64,000 nt of DNA from assembly GCA_038210595.1 (NCBI GenBank), contig JBBQWN010000005.1, positions 31,862 through 95,861 of the forward strand. Direction: 5' to 3'. This document shows, in pieces, positions 9,990 to 19,759 of the stretch. The position numbers and the translations under genes were made by a program. The DNA is from Sphingomonadales bacterium. Its GTDB lineage: Bacteria; Pseudomonadota; Alphaproteobacteria; Sphingomonadales; Sphingomonadaceae. A model generated the notes under the pieces. It made no database searches, was not told where the DNA came from, and saw nothing but the letters and a program-made list of their open reading frames with translations. Positions within the stretch are counted from its first letter, which is position 1, and each line of letters begins with the position of its first letter.

Positions 9990-10357
9990 TGGAGACCCTC
10001 ACCGCCCCCCGCGTCCGCCGCGAACGGCCCGCGCCGATCATCGTCACCGATGGTGCAGCCGGGCGGATTGCGGACCTGATGGCCAAGGCCCCCGAAGGCA
10101 CCGCCGGGGTCCGCCTGACGACGCCCAAGCGCGGCTGCTCGGGGCTGGCCTATGACCTATCCTACGTCGCCGAGGCCAAGGCGGGCGACGAGGCCGTGCC
10201 GACGCCCGCCGGCACGCTGTACGTCGATGGCGGCAGCCTGATGTACCTGATCGGCAGCACGATGGACTGGCGCGAGGATGACTTCACCGCCGGTTTCGTG
10301 TTCAACAACCCCAACGCCAAGGGGGCCTGCGGGTGCGGAGAAAGCTTTACCGTCTAG
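9989..10357 (+). CDS. sufA: A-type Fe-S carrier (HesB/IscA/SufA family)
   Basis: 122 aa with a GTG start. CSGLAYDL ... NPNAKGACGCGESF are the three conserved Cys of A-type carriers. Confidence 0.9.
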   Translation: METLTAPRVRRERPAPIIVTDGAAGRIADLMAKAPEGTAGVRLTTPKRGCSGLAYDLSYVAEAKAGDEAVPTPAGTLYVDGGSLMYLIGSTMDWREDDFTAGFVFNNPNAKGACGCGESFTV

Positions 10358-10593
10358 CCGCGCTACTGCCGTTGCTAGCGCTCGCTGCCTGCGTCGACAC
10401 CGCCGTCGCGATCGTAAAGGCGCCCTTCCAGATCGTCGGCAAGACCGTCGACGTGTTGACTACGAGCCAATCCGAAGCCGATCGCAACCGCGGCCGCCGC
10501 GAACGCAAGGCCGAGGAGGAGCAGGCCAAGCACGATCGCAAGATGGCGAAGGAACGCCGCAAGACCGATCGCGAGGCGCGGCGGGAGCGCTGA
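10333..10593 (+). CDS. Small lipoprotein with a highly charged Lys/Arg/Glu-rich tail
   Basis: MRRKLYRLAALLPLLALAAC has a lipobox. The C-terminal 40 residues are about 60 percent R/K/E/D. It overlaps the sufA 3' end by 25 nt. Confidence 0.5.
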   Translation: MRRKLYRLAALLPLLALAACVDTAVAIVKAPFQIVGKTVDVLTTSQSEADRNRGRRERKAEEEQAKHDRKMAKERRKTDREARRER

Positions 10594-10754
10594 TCCCGTT
10601 AACGTGAATAGTTCGGGCAGGTCGCGGAAATCTGAGCCCAGATCTGTTCGACCTCTGCGGGCAATTGTTGTGCCGCGATATCCGCAGCTGCGGCATTGTC
10701 CAGCGAGTATTCTTCCGTCCGCATCACCTGGAAAGCGCGTTGGTGCCGGCTGGC

Positions 10755-11189
10755 TTAAAACAGGATAGCGTAGCCGCAATTGCGGTCAGAGGTCGTATAA
10801 CGGACAGCGAAATCGACAGCAGCGTAGATGCCGGGTTGCGGCGACTCCGCGGGGCCCTTTGTCCAGGTGACTTTCAAGATACGGCGATCGCGCCGGAGCC
10901 CGAGTCTGTGGACGCGCTCGTCCATTTCAGTAAGAAACTTGGCGAGGGGCAACATAGCCTGCAGCTGCGCCGTCATGATCGCGTGCGCGTCACTGAACTG
11001 GCCACCATCGACAGCCTGAAAATAGGCGTCGAGCCGCCGCCGGGCGATCGGCTCATCTGCGACCGTCGGCACCCAGCCGGGTGCGGAATCGGTTGTTAGG
11101 TTGACCTCCCGTGGCGGCGGCTCCGCCAGCGCCGGCGCAACCGACACGACTAGGGCTGCCGCGACCAGCCGCCCGCCTCGTCTAGTCAT
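10755..11189 (-). CDS. Exported hypothetical protein
   Basis: Internal ATG of track ORF 10755-11408. MTRRGGRLVAAALVVSVAPALAEPP is a signal peptide. The ATG lies 8 nt inside the upstream gene's end (ATGACTAG). GC is visibly lower than in the neighbouring genes. Confidence 0.55.
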   Translation of the reverse strand: MTRRGGRLVAAALVVSVAPALAEPPPREVNLTTDSAPGWVPTVADEPIARRRLDAYFQAVDGGQFSDAHAIMTAQLQAMLPLAKFLTEMDERVHRLGLRRDRRILKVTWTKGPAESPQPGIYAAVDFAVRYTTSDRNCGYAILF

Positions 11190-11727
11190 CCGGCCCCAAT
11201 GTCGGGTCGAGATCGCGCGGCCGGATGAAGCGCACCAACCGGCCGACATTGTCGTCGGCGTCAGCCCAGCGGTCGATGGCGAGCTCGATCCGGGCCAGCG
11301 TCGCTGTCGGATATTTGATCTCCGCCTCGGCGCGCAGGCCGTCGCCGGGGGGGACCAGCATGAGCAACAGGTCCTCGCAGCCGGGATTGTGGCCGACCAG
11401 CAGCGCATCGTCGTGCGCGTCGCTGAACTGCTGGATCAGGAGTAGCAGCGTCGCCGCCGACGACAGATAGATGCGCGTATCCCACAGCGGCTTCAGCGGC
11501 TGGCCGTAGCCGTCCTCGATGCCCTCGATGGTTTGGCGGACCCGCACCGCGGGACTGGCAGCGACGTGGTCGAAGGTCAGACCCTCGTCCGCGAACCAAC
11601 TACCGATGCGCGCCGCCGCCCGCCGCCCGCGGCCGTTGACCGGGCGGTCGAAGTCGCGCTCGACGGTATCGTCCCATGAGGATTTGGCGTGGCGGAGCAA
11701 GGTGAGCGTCTTCACGGACCGCACCAT
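11182..11727 (-). CDS. Histidine phosphatase superfamily protein (SixA-like)
   Basis: LTLLRHAKSSW (RHG/RHA catalytic motif) ... LLVGHNPG is typical of SixA-type phosphohistidine phosphatases. Confidence 0.8.
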   Translation of the reverse strand: MVRSVKTLTLLRHAKSSWDDTVERDFDRPVNGRGRRAAARIGSWFADEGLTFDHVAASPAVRVRQTIEGIEDGYGQPLKPLWDTRIYLSSAATLLLLIQQFSDAHDDALLVGHNPGCEDLLLMLVPPGDGLRAEAEIKYPTATLARIELAIDRWADADDNVGRLVRFIRPRDLDPTLGPDD

Positions 11728-11739
11728 GCGTCGGACAGG

Positions 11740-14454
11740 TTACGGATGGAAGGCGGTTTCCACCGGCGCGGCCACCAGCGTCGCGCGCACCGCCGCGACC
11801 GCCTCGTCGAGCGTCACCCGCGCCACCGGCGTGCCCGCCGGGAAGGCGGCGAGCAGTCGCGACGGCACCGCCGGCCCCAGCAGCACGAAACTTCCCGCAT
11901 CGTCGGCGCGGCGGATCAGCCGACCGAACGCCTGCGCCAGCCGGCCCATCGTGACCAGATCGTCATAGGCCGCGCCGCCGAACGCCGCGCGCCGGGCAGC
12001 GTGCAGCACGGTCGGGCGTGGCCAGGGCACGCCCTCCATCACGACCAACCTGAGCGAGCGGCCGGGCACGTCGACACCGTCGCGCAGCGCATCGGTGCCG
12101 AGTAGGCTGGCGGCCGGGTCGGCGCGGAAGATGTCGACCAGCGTGCCGGTGTCGATCGGATCGACATGCTGGGCGAACAGCGGCAGCCCGGCGCGGTGCA
12201 GCGGATCGGCGATGCGGGCATGCACCGCCTTCAGCCGCGCGATCGCCGTGAACAACCCGAGCGTCCCGCCGCCCGCCGCCTCGATCAGCCGCTTGTAGGC
12301 CGCCGCCAGCCCGGGCAGATCGCCGCGTCGCACGTCGGTGACGACCAGCACGCGGGAGTTGGCGGCATAGTCGAACGGGCTGTCGACCGCGAAACGCTGC
12401 GGCGGCAGGGTGAGGTGGGTGGCCCCGGTCCGCATCTCGGAGTCGCGCCACTCGTCCGCCGGAGTACCCCGCGCGCGCAGCGTCGCTGACGTCACCAGCA
12501 CGCCGTGCGCCGGTTCCAGCACGGCCCTGGCGAATGGCCGCGTCGGGTCAAGCCAGTGGCGGTGTACGCCGACGTCGAATTCGCGACCCTCTACGCGGTC
12601 GACCGCGAACCAGTCGATGAACTCCGGATCGGCCGGGCCGCCCAGGCGCGCCAGCAGCCCGACCCAGGCCTGCAGTAGTTGCGCTCGCAACCGCAGCCCC
12701 GCCGCCGCCCCGTCGAGCCGGGCGCGGGACGGCCCATCGAGCCAGTCGGGGGCCTCCTCCAGCACGGCGGTCAGCCGGGCCTCCAGCGCCAGCAGCGGCT
12801 GGGCAATGGCCTCGAACGCCGACGCGCACGCCGCAGCCGCCTCGATCACCGCTGGCAGCACCTCGACTACCGGCGTCTCGATGCCGTAGCCCGCTTCGCC
12901 GCCCAGCGCGCGCGCATGGACCTGAGCGCGAACCGCGGCGAGCAGCGTCTCGACCGGTCCGTAAGGCTCGCCACCGACCAGCCGCTGCCCCCAGCCATCG
13001 GCGGGCAGCGCGCGGCTCGCCTTGGCGGCGGCCTCGAGCGCCAGCGCGCCCTCGTCGTCATAGCTAATGACGTCGGACAAGCGCGCCGCCAGCCCGCGCC
13101 GCCGCCCCCGCGCCGCCTTGTCGGGGCCGAGGATCCAGCTGCGCAACTCGACCGCCTCCCGCGCACTGAGGTGCAGCGCGAAGGTCGAATCAGCCGCGTC
13201 GAAAAGGTGGTGGCCCTCGTCGAAGACGATGCGGCCCATGCGACCCGCTTCGGCGCGTTCGCGCACCGCATTGACCATTACCAGCGCATGATTGGCGATG
13301 ACCAGGTCGGCGTGCGCGGAGGCGCGGGTCGAGCGCTCGATGAAGCACGAGCGGTAGTGCGGGCAGCCGGCGTAGATGCACTCGCCACGCTGGTCGGTCA
13401 GGCCCCGGAACGCGGCGCGGCCAAACAGGTTAGCGAGCCAGCCCGGCAGGTCGCCCCCGACCATGTCCCCGTCGCGCGAATATTCGGCCCAGCGCGCTGC
13501 GAGCTGCGCGAAGATCCCGGCGCGGCCCGCGAAGCCGCCCTGCACGGCGTCCTCAAGGTTGAGCAGGCAGAGGTAGTTCTCGCGGCCCTTGCGAACCACG
13601 ACCTTGGCGCGCTTTGTTGCCGCGTCCGGATAAGCGCGCGCAGTTTCCTGGTCGAGCTGCCGCTGCAGCGCCTTGGTATAGGTCGACAGCCACACCGTGC
13701 CGCCCGCCTCCTGTGCCCACAGCGCGGCGGGCGCGAGATAGCCGAGCGTCTTGCCGATGCCGGTGCCGGCTTCGGCCAGCGCGACGTTGGGCGCGGTCGC
13801 CATGCTGCGCGGGCGGAAGGCGTGGGCGACGGCGCGGGCATAGTCGCGCTGGCCGGTGCGCCGCTCCGCCCCGATGCCGAGCAGCCGTTCGAGCTGGGCG
13901 TCGATCAGGCCGTCGGGCAGCGCGATGTCGCGGGGCTTCGGGCGCGGCGCGGTCTCCTCCCACTTGGGCAGCGTCTGGAACACCATCCGCTCGGCCTTGG
14001 CGGGCTGCTTCAGCCGCCGCGCGACCTCGGACGCCCAGCTCCAGCGCAGCCGCGCCAGCGACTGCAGCACGCCCCAGGCCCCGTGCCGCTCGGGCCACGC
14101 CGCATCGCCCAGTGTGCCGAGCAGCTGCGCCGCCGCCGTTCGCAGAAAACGCGCCTCGTCGCCCTGCCCGCCCGGCGGCGCCAGCCCAAGCGCCGCCGCC
14201 AGGCCGCCGGCAGTCGGCACCGCGAAACACGCCGGATGAACGAAGGCGAACAACTCCAGCAGATCGAGGCCGCTGATCTCCGGCAGTCCGAGCCGGCTGG
14301 CGACGACGGGCGCGTTCAGCAACAGCATCGGCGTGTCGGCCGCGCGGCGGATGGCCTCGCGAACCGACTCCGGCTCGACCGTCCCTTCGGGGGCGGCGAT
14401 CCACACCCCGCCGTAACTGGCGACGAGCGCGGGGTAGGGGAGATCGGGGATCAC
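11740..14454 (-). CDS. Rad3/XPD/DinG-family ATP-dependent DNA helicase with a 4-Cys Fe-S domain
   Basis: 904 aa. Walker [21 protein letters not shown] (DEAH-type box), and four Cys (YLCLLN...[15 protein letters not shown]) between motifs I and II, as in XPD/DinG Fe-S helicases. Confidence 0.85.
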   Translation of the reverse strand: MIPDLPYPALVASYGGVWIAAPEGTVEPESVREAIRRAADTPMLLLNAPVVASRLGLPEISGLDLLELFAFVHPACFAVPTAGGLAAALGLAPPGGQGDEARFLRTAAAQLLGTLGDAAWPERHGAWGVLQSLARLRWSWASEVARRLKQPAKAERMVFQTLPKWEETAPRPKPRDIALPDGLIDAQLERLLGIGAERRTGQRDYARAVAHAFRPRSMATAPNVALAEAGTGIGKTLGYLAPAALWAQEAGGTVWLSTYTKALQRQLDQETARAYPDAATKRAKVVVRKGRENYLCLLNLEDAVQGGFAGRAGIFAQLAARWAEYSRDGDMVGGDLPGWLANLFGRAAFRGLTDQRGECIYAGCPHYRSCFIERSTRASAHADLVIANHALVMVNAVRERAEAGRMGRIVFDEGHHLFDAADSTFALHLSAREAVELRSWILGPDKAARGRRRGLAARLSDVISYDDEGALALEAAAKASRALPADGWGQRLVGGEPYGPVETLLAAVRAQVHARALGGEAGYGIETPVVEVLPAVIEAAAACASAFEAIAQPLLALEARLTAVLEEAPDWLDGPSRARLDGAAAGLRLRAQLLQAWVGLLARLGGPADPEFIDWFAVDRVEGREFDVGVHRHWLDPTRPFARAVLEPAHGVLVTSATLRARGTPADEWRDSEMRTGATHLTLPPQRFAVDSPFDYAANSRVLVVTDVRRGDLPGLAAAYKRLIEAAGGGTLGLFTAIARLKAVHARIADPLHRAGLPLFAQHVDPIDTGTLVDIFRADPAASLLGTDALRDGVDVPGRSLRLVVMEGVPWPRPTVLHAARRAAFGGAAYDDLVTMGRLAQAFGRLIRRADDAGSFVLLGPAVPSRLLAAFPAGTPVARVTLDEAVAAVRATLVAAPVETAFHP

Positions 14455-14558
14455 GCGCGCAGGCTAGCAGCAGAACAGAGGCCGAACAACGGATCTGGAC
14501 CGGTAAAGGCTGCAGCCATGCGCCGCTGGCTACGACGGGCGCCAGCCTTGCCACCGCC

Positions 14559-16181
14559 ATGATTTTTGCCGAAACGCCAGCCGCCATGACCCCATCCCCC
14601 GAAGTGATCGACGCCGCGCGTGTCTCCAAGGCTTGGCCTTTCGAGGAGGCGCGCAAGCTAGTCGCGCGCTATCCGGGTGGGTTTCCGGCCGCCGGCGTGG
14701 TGTTCGAAACGGGCTATGGTCCGTCCGGCCTCCCGCACATCGGCACCTTCGGCGAGGTCGCGCGGACGACCATGGTGCGGCGGGCGTTCGAGCTGATCGC
14801 GCCTGGTGTGCCGACGCGCCTGATCGCGTTTTCCGACGACATGGACGGCTTTCGCAAAGTGCCGCCGGGCCTGCCGCAGCAGGACATGTTGCGAGCCCAT
14901 CTGAACCAGCCGCTCAGCCGCGTGCCCGACCCGTTCGGGACGCACGCCAGTTATGCCGCGCATAACAATGCCCGGCTGCGCGCCTTCCTCGACCGCTTCG
15001 GCTTCGACTACGAGTTTCTGTCGTCAACCGAATGCTACGCCTCGGGGCGGTTTGACGCGACACTGCGGCGGGTGCTGACGCACTACGACGCCGTCATCGA
15101 CGTCATCCTGCCGACGCTGGGGCCGGAGCGGCGCGCCACCTACTCGCCGTTCCTGCCGGTGCATCCGGTGACGGGTGAGGTGCTGCAGGTACCGCTGACC
15201 GGCCACGACGCCGCTGCCGGCACGATCAGCTTCGACGATGCCGACGGCGTGGCGCACACGGTGCCGGTCACCGGCGGCCACGCCAAGCTGCAGTGGAAGG
15301 TCGACTGGGCGATGCGCTGGGTGGCGCTCGGCGTCGACTACGAGATGGCAGGCAAGGACCTGATCGATTCGGTCACCCTGTCGAGCGCGGTGACGCGGGT
15401 GCTGGGCGCGCGGCCACCCGAGGGCTTTAACTATGAGCTGTTCCTCGATGCCGAGGGTACCAAGATCTCGAAGTCGAAGGGCAATGGCCTGACAATCGAC
15501 GAATGGCTGACCTATGCCGCACCGGAAAGCCTGGCGCTGTACATGTACCAGAGCCCGCGCAAGGCGAAGCGGCTGCATTTCGACGTCATCCCCAAGGCGG
15601 TCGAGGAGTATCATCAATTCCTCGGCAGCTACCCCGGCCAGCCGGTCGAGCAGCGGCTCGGCAACCCAGTGTTCCACATCCACGACGGCGCGCCGCCGGC
15701 GACCGATCTGCCGCTCAGCTTCGGCTTGCTGCTCAACCTGGTGACGGTGGCCGGTACCGACGACCCGGCGGTGCTGTGGGGCTTCGTATCGCGCTATGTG
15801 CCGGGCACCAACGCCGCGACGCACCCCGAGGTCGACGCGCTGGTGCGCTACGCGATACGCTATGCCCGCGACTTCGTTCTGCCGGGGTTAAGGCGGCGGG
15901 CGCCAGATCAGCGCGAGGCGGCGGCGCTCGCCGATCTCGACGGGCGTCTCGCCGCACTCGGACCCGAGGCGGATGCCGAGGCGTTCCAATTCGAGGTTTA
16001 TGAGGCCGGCAAAGCCGCCGGTTTCGAGCCGCTGCGCGAGTGGTTCAAGGCCCTGTACGAAACCTTGCTGGGCACCAGTCAGGGTCCGCGCATGGGTTCG
16101 TTCATCAAGCTGTACGGCCTTGCGGAAACCCGGCGATTGATCGCGGGGGCACGCGCGGCCGCAACGACGGAGACGGTGTAA
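14559..16181 (+). CDS. lysK: Class I lysine--tRNA ligase
   Basis: [12 protein letters not shown]...[16 protein letters not shown] (HIGH-like) ... KISKSKGNG (KMSKS) is the class I LysRS architecture common in alphaproteobacteria. An alternative ATG lies at 14586. Confidence 0.9.
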   Translation: MIFAETPAAMTPSPEVIDAARVSKAWPFEEARKLVARYPGGFPAAGVVFETGYGPSGLPHIGTFGEVARTTMVRRAFELIAPGVPTRLIAFSDDMDGFRKVPPGLPQQDMLRAHLNQPLSRVPDPFGTHASYAAHNNARLRAFLDRFGFDYEFLSSTECYASGRFDATLRRVLTHYDAVIDVILPTLGPERRATYSPFLPVHPVTGEVLQVPLTGHDAAAGTISFDDADGVAHTVPVTGGHAKLQWKVDWAMRWVALGVDYEMAGKDLIDSVTLSSAVTRVLGARPPEGFNYELFLDAEGTKISKSKGNGLTIDEWLTYAAPESLALYMYQSPRKAKRLHFDVIPKAVEEYHQFLGSYPGQPVEQRLGNPVFHIHDGAPPATDLPLSFGLLLNLVTVAGTDDPAVLWGFVSRYVPGTNAATHPEVDALVRYAIRYARDFVLPGLRRRAPDQREAAALADLDGRLAALGPEADAEAFQFEVYEAGKAAGFEPLREWFKALYETLLGTSQGPRMGSFIKLYGLAETRRLIAGARAAATTETV

Positions 16182-16939
16182 TGATGCGTTCGATCGTGAT
16201 GGCGGTGCTGCTCGCGACCGCCGCCCCGGCGTTTGCCGACGCGGGAGCAAGTTTCAAGGCCGGCCAGTGGCAGCAGGCGGCAGCGCTCGGTCGTTCCGAA
16301 GGCACGGCCGCCTCGCTGATGCTGGCGGGCCGCGCGACCCTGGCGGTGGCCGGGGCCCAGGAACGCGACAAGACAGCCGCGAAGGCGGCGATCGCGTCCG
16401 CTATCGCCGACTTCGACAAGGCCATCGCCAAGGCCCCGAACAGCCTCGAGGCACGGACCGAGAAGGCGATCGCCATCGGCTACCGTGCCAAGATCGACAA
16501 GTCGCCGGGCGACGGCAAGGAGGCGCGCGACCAGATGATGGCGGTGCTGGCCAAGGATCCCAATTTCGCGCTCGCCAACGCCGCCCTCGGCGCGTGGCAC
16601 GGGGGTGCGGTGGCGACCATCGGCAACTTTCTCGCCTCGACCTTGCTCGGTGCCAATCGCAAGGACATGGACAAGTATCTGACGCTGGCGATGGCGCGGG
16701 AGCCACACGAGATCATCCATCCGGTGACCTATGCGTTCACGCTCCTCGACATCGGTGCCGATGGCGCACCGAAGGCCACGACACTGCTGCGCACCGCGGT
16801 CAAGCTGCCGGTCAAGGATGCCTATGACGGCGTCAACCACAAGGCCGCGGTCCAGGTGTTGGCGCTGCTCGAGGCGAAGGACATCAAGGGCGCTCGGGCG
16901 CTGGTGAAGAAGCTTGAGCCGTTTAACAATGTCGGTTGA
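16181..16939 (+). CDS. Exported Ala-rich helical protein, unknown function
   Basis: ATG at 16181 overlaps the lysK stop (TAATG). [21 protein letters not shown] is a signal peptide. The track ORF's upstream extension lies inside lysK. Confidence 0.6.
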   Translation: MMRSIVMAVLLATAAPAFADAGASFKAGQWQQAAALGRSEGTAASLMLAGRATLAVAGAQERDKTAAKAAIASAIADFDKAIAKAPNSLEARTEKAIAIGYRAKIDKSPGDGKEARDQMMAVLAKDPNFALANAALGAWHGGAVATIGNFLASTLLGANRKDMDKYLTLAMAREPHEIIHPVTYAFTLLDIGADGAPKATTLLRTAVKLPVKDAYDGVNHKAAVQVLALLEAKDIKGARALVKKLEPFNNVG

Positions 16940-17162
16940 ACGGCGCCTGAAATCGCGGCAGTACGGCCGGCGGATGCGGTGGCCCGCCCGCGGCAATCCG
17001 TCCGACGGTGCGGTGCCGACTGTCGGAATATCTTACAGTTGCGCAGCGGGCAGAGTCATACCGCCTCCGTAAGCAACTCAGTACAATCGGCTCCGGCCAC
17101 GGTCCCGTATTGGCGCGAATCTTGCTTGGCTATATCGGCAACTGCGCGGCCGGAGCACGTCG

Positions 17163-17894
17163 ATGGCTACATCTAGTATCTTGGCGTCTATCGTCGTCGC
17201 CGTCCTTGCCGCGCCGGCCGCCGCGACCGTCCACGTCATCACCTTTTCGGGTACTGTCAGCGTAGGACTCGATCTGGCCGGCGCCTTCGGCACGCCGATA
17301 GCCTCTCTCACCGGCCGCCCTTACACAGCCAGCTACGCCTATGACCTGTCGCTGGGTACGCGAACCACCAGCACTGGGATCGCGGATGCCGTGACAGGTG
17401 GCGATCTGCTGGGCACCGTCTCGCCGATCATCGATGCATCACTTACCATCAATGGGATAACACATCACTTCGGCTCGCAGGACGGAATGGGTACGGCAAA
17501 ATACCTTCAGCTCGGTCTCGGTAGCCTCGGTGTCTATGGCGTCGCAGCGCGATCCGGCTCGCCGTATCTGGCCACCGTGGCCGTCATACCTGGCTTTACA
17601 CCCTCGCTCGACAATGACCTGGCGCTGCGGTCCGATGTCACGTGGAAGAGCGAATTCCTGATCGGCAGCGCAAATCCCTTGCAATTCGCCTTCGGCATTC
17701 TCGGCCCGGGACCGAACTCGGAGTTCTCCATTCAGACACTCGTGCCGGAACCTGCAAGCTGGACGATGATGATCGCCGGGTTCGGGCTGGTCGGTGTCGC
17801 CGCCCGACGAAACTCCCGATCACTTGCCTCAGCGACGCCGCGTCAGCCCTGGCGGCCAGCCAGGCTGGCCAGAGCGGGTGGCCGACCGCACTAG
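17163..17894 (+). CDS. PEPxxWA-CTERM sorting-domain protein (putative exosortase substrate)
   Basis: N-terminal signal peptide (MATSSILASIVVAVLAAPAAA). The C-terminal motif VPEPASWTMMIAGFGLVGVAARR is PEP, then a TM helix, then an Arg cluster. An unusual ~28-aa extension follows the Arg cluster. Confidence 0.75.
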   Translation: MATSSILASIVVAVLAAPAAATVHVITFSGTVSVGLDLAGAFGTPIASLTGRPYTASYAYDLSLGTRTTSTGIADAVTGGDLLGTVSPIIDASLTINGITHHFGSQDGMGTAKYLQLGLGSLGVYGVAARSGSPYLATVAVIPGFTPSLDNDLALRSDVTWKSEFLIGSANPLQFAFGILGPGPNSEFSIQTLVPEPASWTMMIAGFGLVGVAARRNSRSLASATPRQPWRPARLARAGGRPH

Positions 17895-19699
17895 GCGCGG
17901 CCGCCCTTCGACGCGATCCAGTCATCCACCTTCCGCTCCAGCACTTCCATCGGCAGCGCCCCCGACATTAGCACCTGGGCGTGGAAATCGCGCACGTCGA
18001 ACTTCGGCCCCAGCGCCTTCTCGGCTTTGGTGCGCAGGCGGCGGATGGTCAGCTGTCCGACCTTGTAGGCCAGCGCCTGGCTGGGAATGGCGATGTAGCG
18101 CTCGACCTCGGCGGTGGCGTCGGTCTTTCCCATCGCCGAATTGTCGAGCATGTATTTGATCGCCTGGTCGCGGGTCCAGCCCTTGCTGTGGATGCCGGTG
18201 TCGACAACCAGCCGCATGGCACGCAGGATCTCGTCGTCGAGATGGCCGTAATTCTGGTAGGGATCGGTGTAGAAACCGAGCTCATAGCCTAGGCTCTCGG
18301 CATAGAGTGCCCAGCCCTCGACGAAGGCTGTATTACCGCCAAAACGCTGGAACGCCGGGAGGCTCTCCTTCTCCTGCGCCAGGCTGATCTGGAAATGGTG
18401 GCCCGGCACGCCTTCGTGGAGGAACAGCGTCTCGAAGCCGAACTTCGAGCGCGAGGGCAGGTCATAGGCGTTGTAGTAGAACACGCCCGGTCGCGAGCCG
18501 TCGGGGGTGCCCTGCTGGTAGCTGCCTGCCGCGTCGGTCTTTTCCTTGTAGGCCGGCACCGGGCGCACCTCGAGCGGCGACTTCGGAATGGTCGAGAAGT
18601 CCTTGCGGACAACTGCCTCCATGCGCTTGTCGATGGCCAGGAAGTCGTCCTTCATCGCCTCGGCGGATGTCGGGTGGAAGCGCGGATCGGTGCGCATGAA
18701 CACGAAGAACTCGGCGAGGTTACCCTTGAAGCCGGTCTCGTCCTTGATCTTCGTCATCGCGGTATGGATACGGTCGACCTCGCGCAGGCCGAGCGCATGG
18801 ATTTCCTCCGGCGTCATCGTTGTCGTCGTGGTCTGCTCGACAAGGTAACGGTACAGTGCCGCGCCGCCCGGCATCTGGCCCAGCCCGACGGTTTCGCGGG
18901 CCTTGGGCAAATACTCGGTCTTGATGAAGTCGCGCACCCGCGCCTGCGCCGGGTTCAGCCGGTCGCGGATGAACGCCGCATAGTCGGCGGTGATCCGGGC
19001 GCGGTCGGCGGCGGCAATGCCGTCAGGGAACTTCAGGACCGGCTTGTAGAAAACGCTGTCCTCGACCTTCGCGGGCAGCAGGTTGTCGAACTGGCCGACG
19101 ACGTTCTGCATGACCAGCCGCGGGTTGGTGACGCCGTCGGCCAGGCCCTGCTTCATGCGTCCGATGGCGCGATCAAGGTAGACAACATAGCCATCCAGCC
19201 GCTTCAGGTTATCGTCATAGTCCTTGACCGACTTGAACGGGGCCGCACCCTCGCCCGACGAAACGTCCGGGATAAACACCTGGAAACCGCCGAAATGGTC
19301 GATCGGCCGTTCGATCGAGGCCTTGAGCAGGCCCGGCTTGAAGCCCTTTAGGCCGATCTCGGTCTGGTATTTGAAGACGTCGTAGGAGATCCGGTCGTCG
19401 AGGTTGAGCTTCGAGCGGTCGATCTTCTTGAGCGCCGCGAGATCGGCCTCGCCCGCCGCCTTCTCGCCCGCCAACCATTGGTCGGTGATGAAATCGCCGA
19501 ACTGCGCCGCGTAGCGCATGTCGCCGCGGAACAGCGCCTGGATCGGGTTGCGCTTGAGTTGTGCCTCGTCGCTGGCGGCGAACAGCGCCTTGAGCTCGGC
19601 CGACGCCGGCACATTGGGCGCAGCGGTGGTCACGGCAGCGGCAGGCGCGGCGAGCGGCAGCGCGGTGGTCAGCAGCAGGGCGGCGAGAATCGATCGCAT
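17891..19699 (-). CDS. Exported DUF885 family protein (putative metallopeptidase fold)
   Basis: MRSILAALLLTTALPLAAPAAA is a signal peptide. LHEGVPGHHFQ is the DUF885 HExxGHH motif. The start was chosen at the internal ATG that gives the signal peptide. Confidence 0.8.
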   Translation of the reverse strand: MRSILAALLLTTALPLAAPAAAVTTAAPNVPASAELKALFAASDEAQLKRNPIQALFRGDMRYAAQFGDFITDQWLAGEKAAGEADLAALKKIDRSKLNLDDRISYDVFKYQTEIGLKGFKPGLLKASIERPIDHFGGFQVFIPDVSSGEGAAPFKSVKDYDDNLKRLDGYVVYLDRAIGRMKQGLADGVTNPRLVMQNVVGQFDNLLPAKVEDSVFYKPVLKFPDGIAAADRARITADYAAFIRDRLNPAQARVRDFIKTEYLPKARETVGLGQMPGGAALYRYLVEQTTTTTMTPEEIHALGLREVDRIHTAMTKIKDETGFKGNLAEFFVFMRTDPRFHPTSAEAMKDDFLAIDKRMEAVVRKDFSTIPKSPLEVRPVPAYKEKTDAAGSYQQGTPDGSRPGVFYYNAYDLPSRSKFGFETLFLHEGVPGHHFQISLAQEKESLPAFQRFGGNTAFVEGWALYAESLGYELGFYTDPYQNYGHLDDEILRAMRLVVDTGIHSKGWTRDQAIKYMLDNSAMGKTDATAEVERYIAIPSQALAYKVGQLTIRRLRTKAEKALGPKFDVRDFHAQVLMSGALPMEVLERKVDDWIASKGGRA

Positions 19700-19759
19700 C
19701 GTTCTATCTCCGAATCGGTGTATTGGGCGGATAAGACGCTTGGCGTGGCGGTGCAACGG

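Noticed and set aside
10599-10724. 41-codon minus-strand ORF (MRTEEYSLDNAAAADIAAQQLPAEVEQIWAQISATCPNYSR) downstream of the exported protein gene
   Set aside because: Weak GC3 bias, no spaced Shine-Dalgarno element, and no recognisable family. It is kept only as a possibility for ribosome-profiling checks.
12679-14656. 627-aa (+) and 367-aa (-) ORFs across the helicase gene
   Set aside because: They are shadow ORFs. The helicase frame carries Walker A, DEAH and Fe-S motifs, while these frames are Arg/Pro/Gly-rich nonsense.
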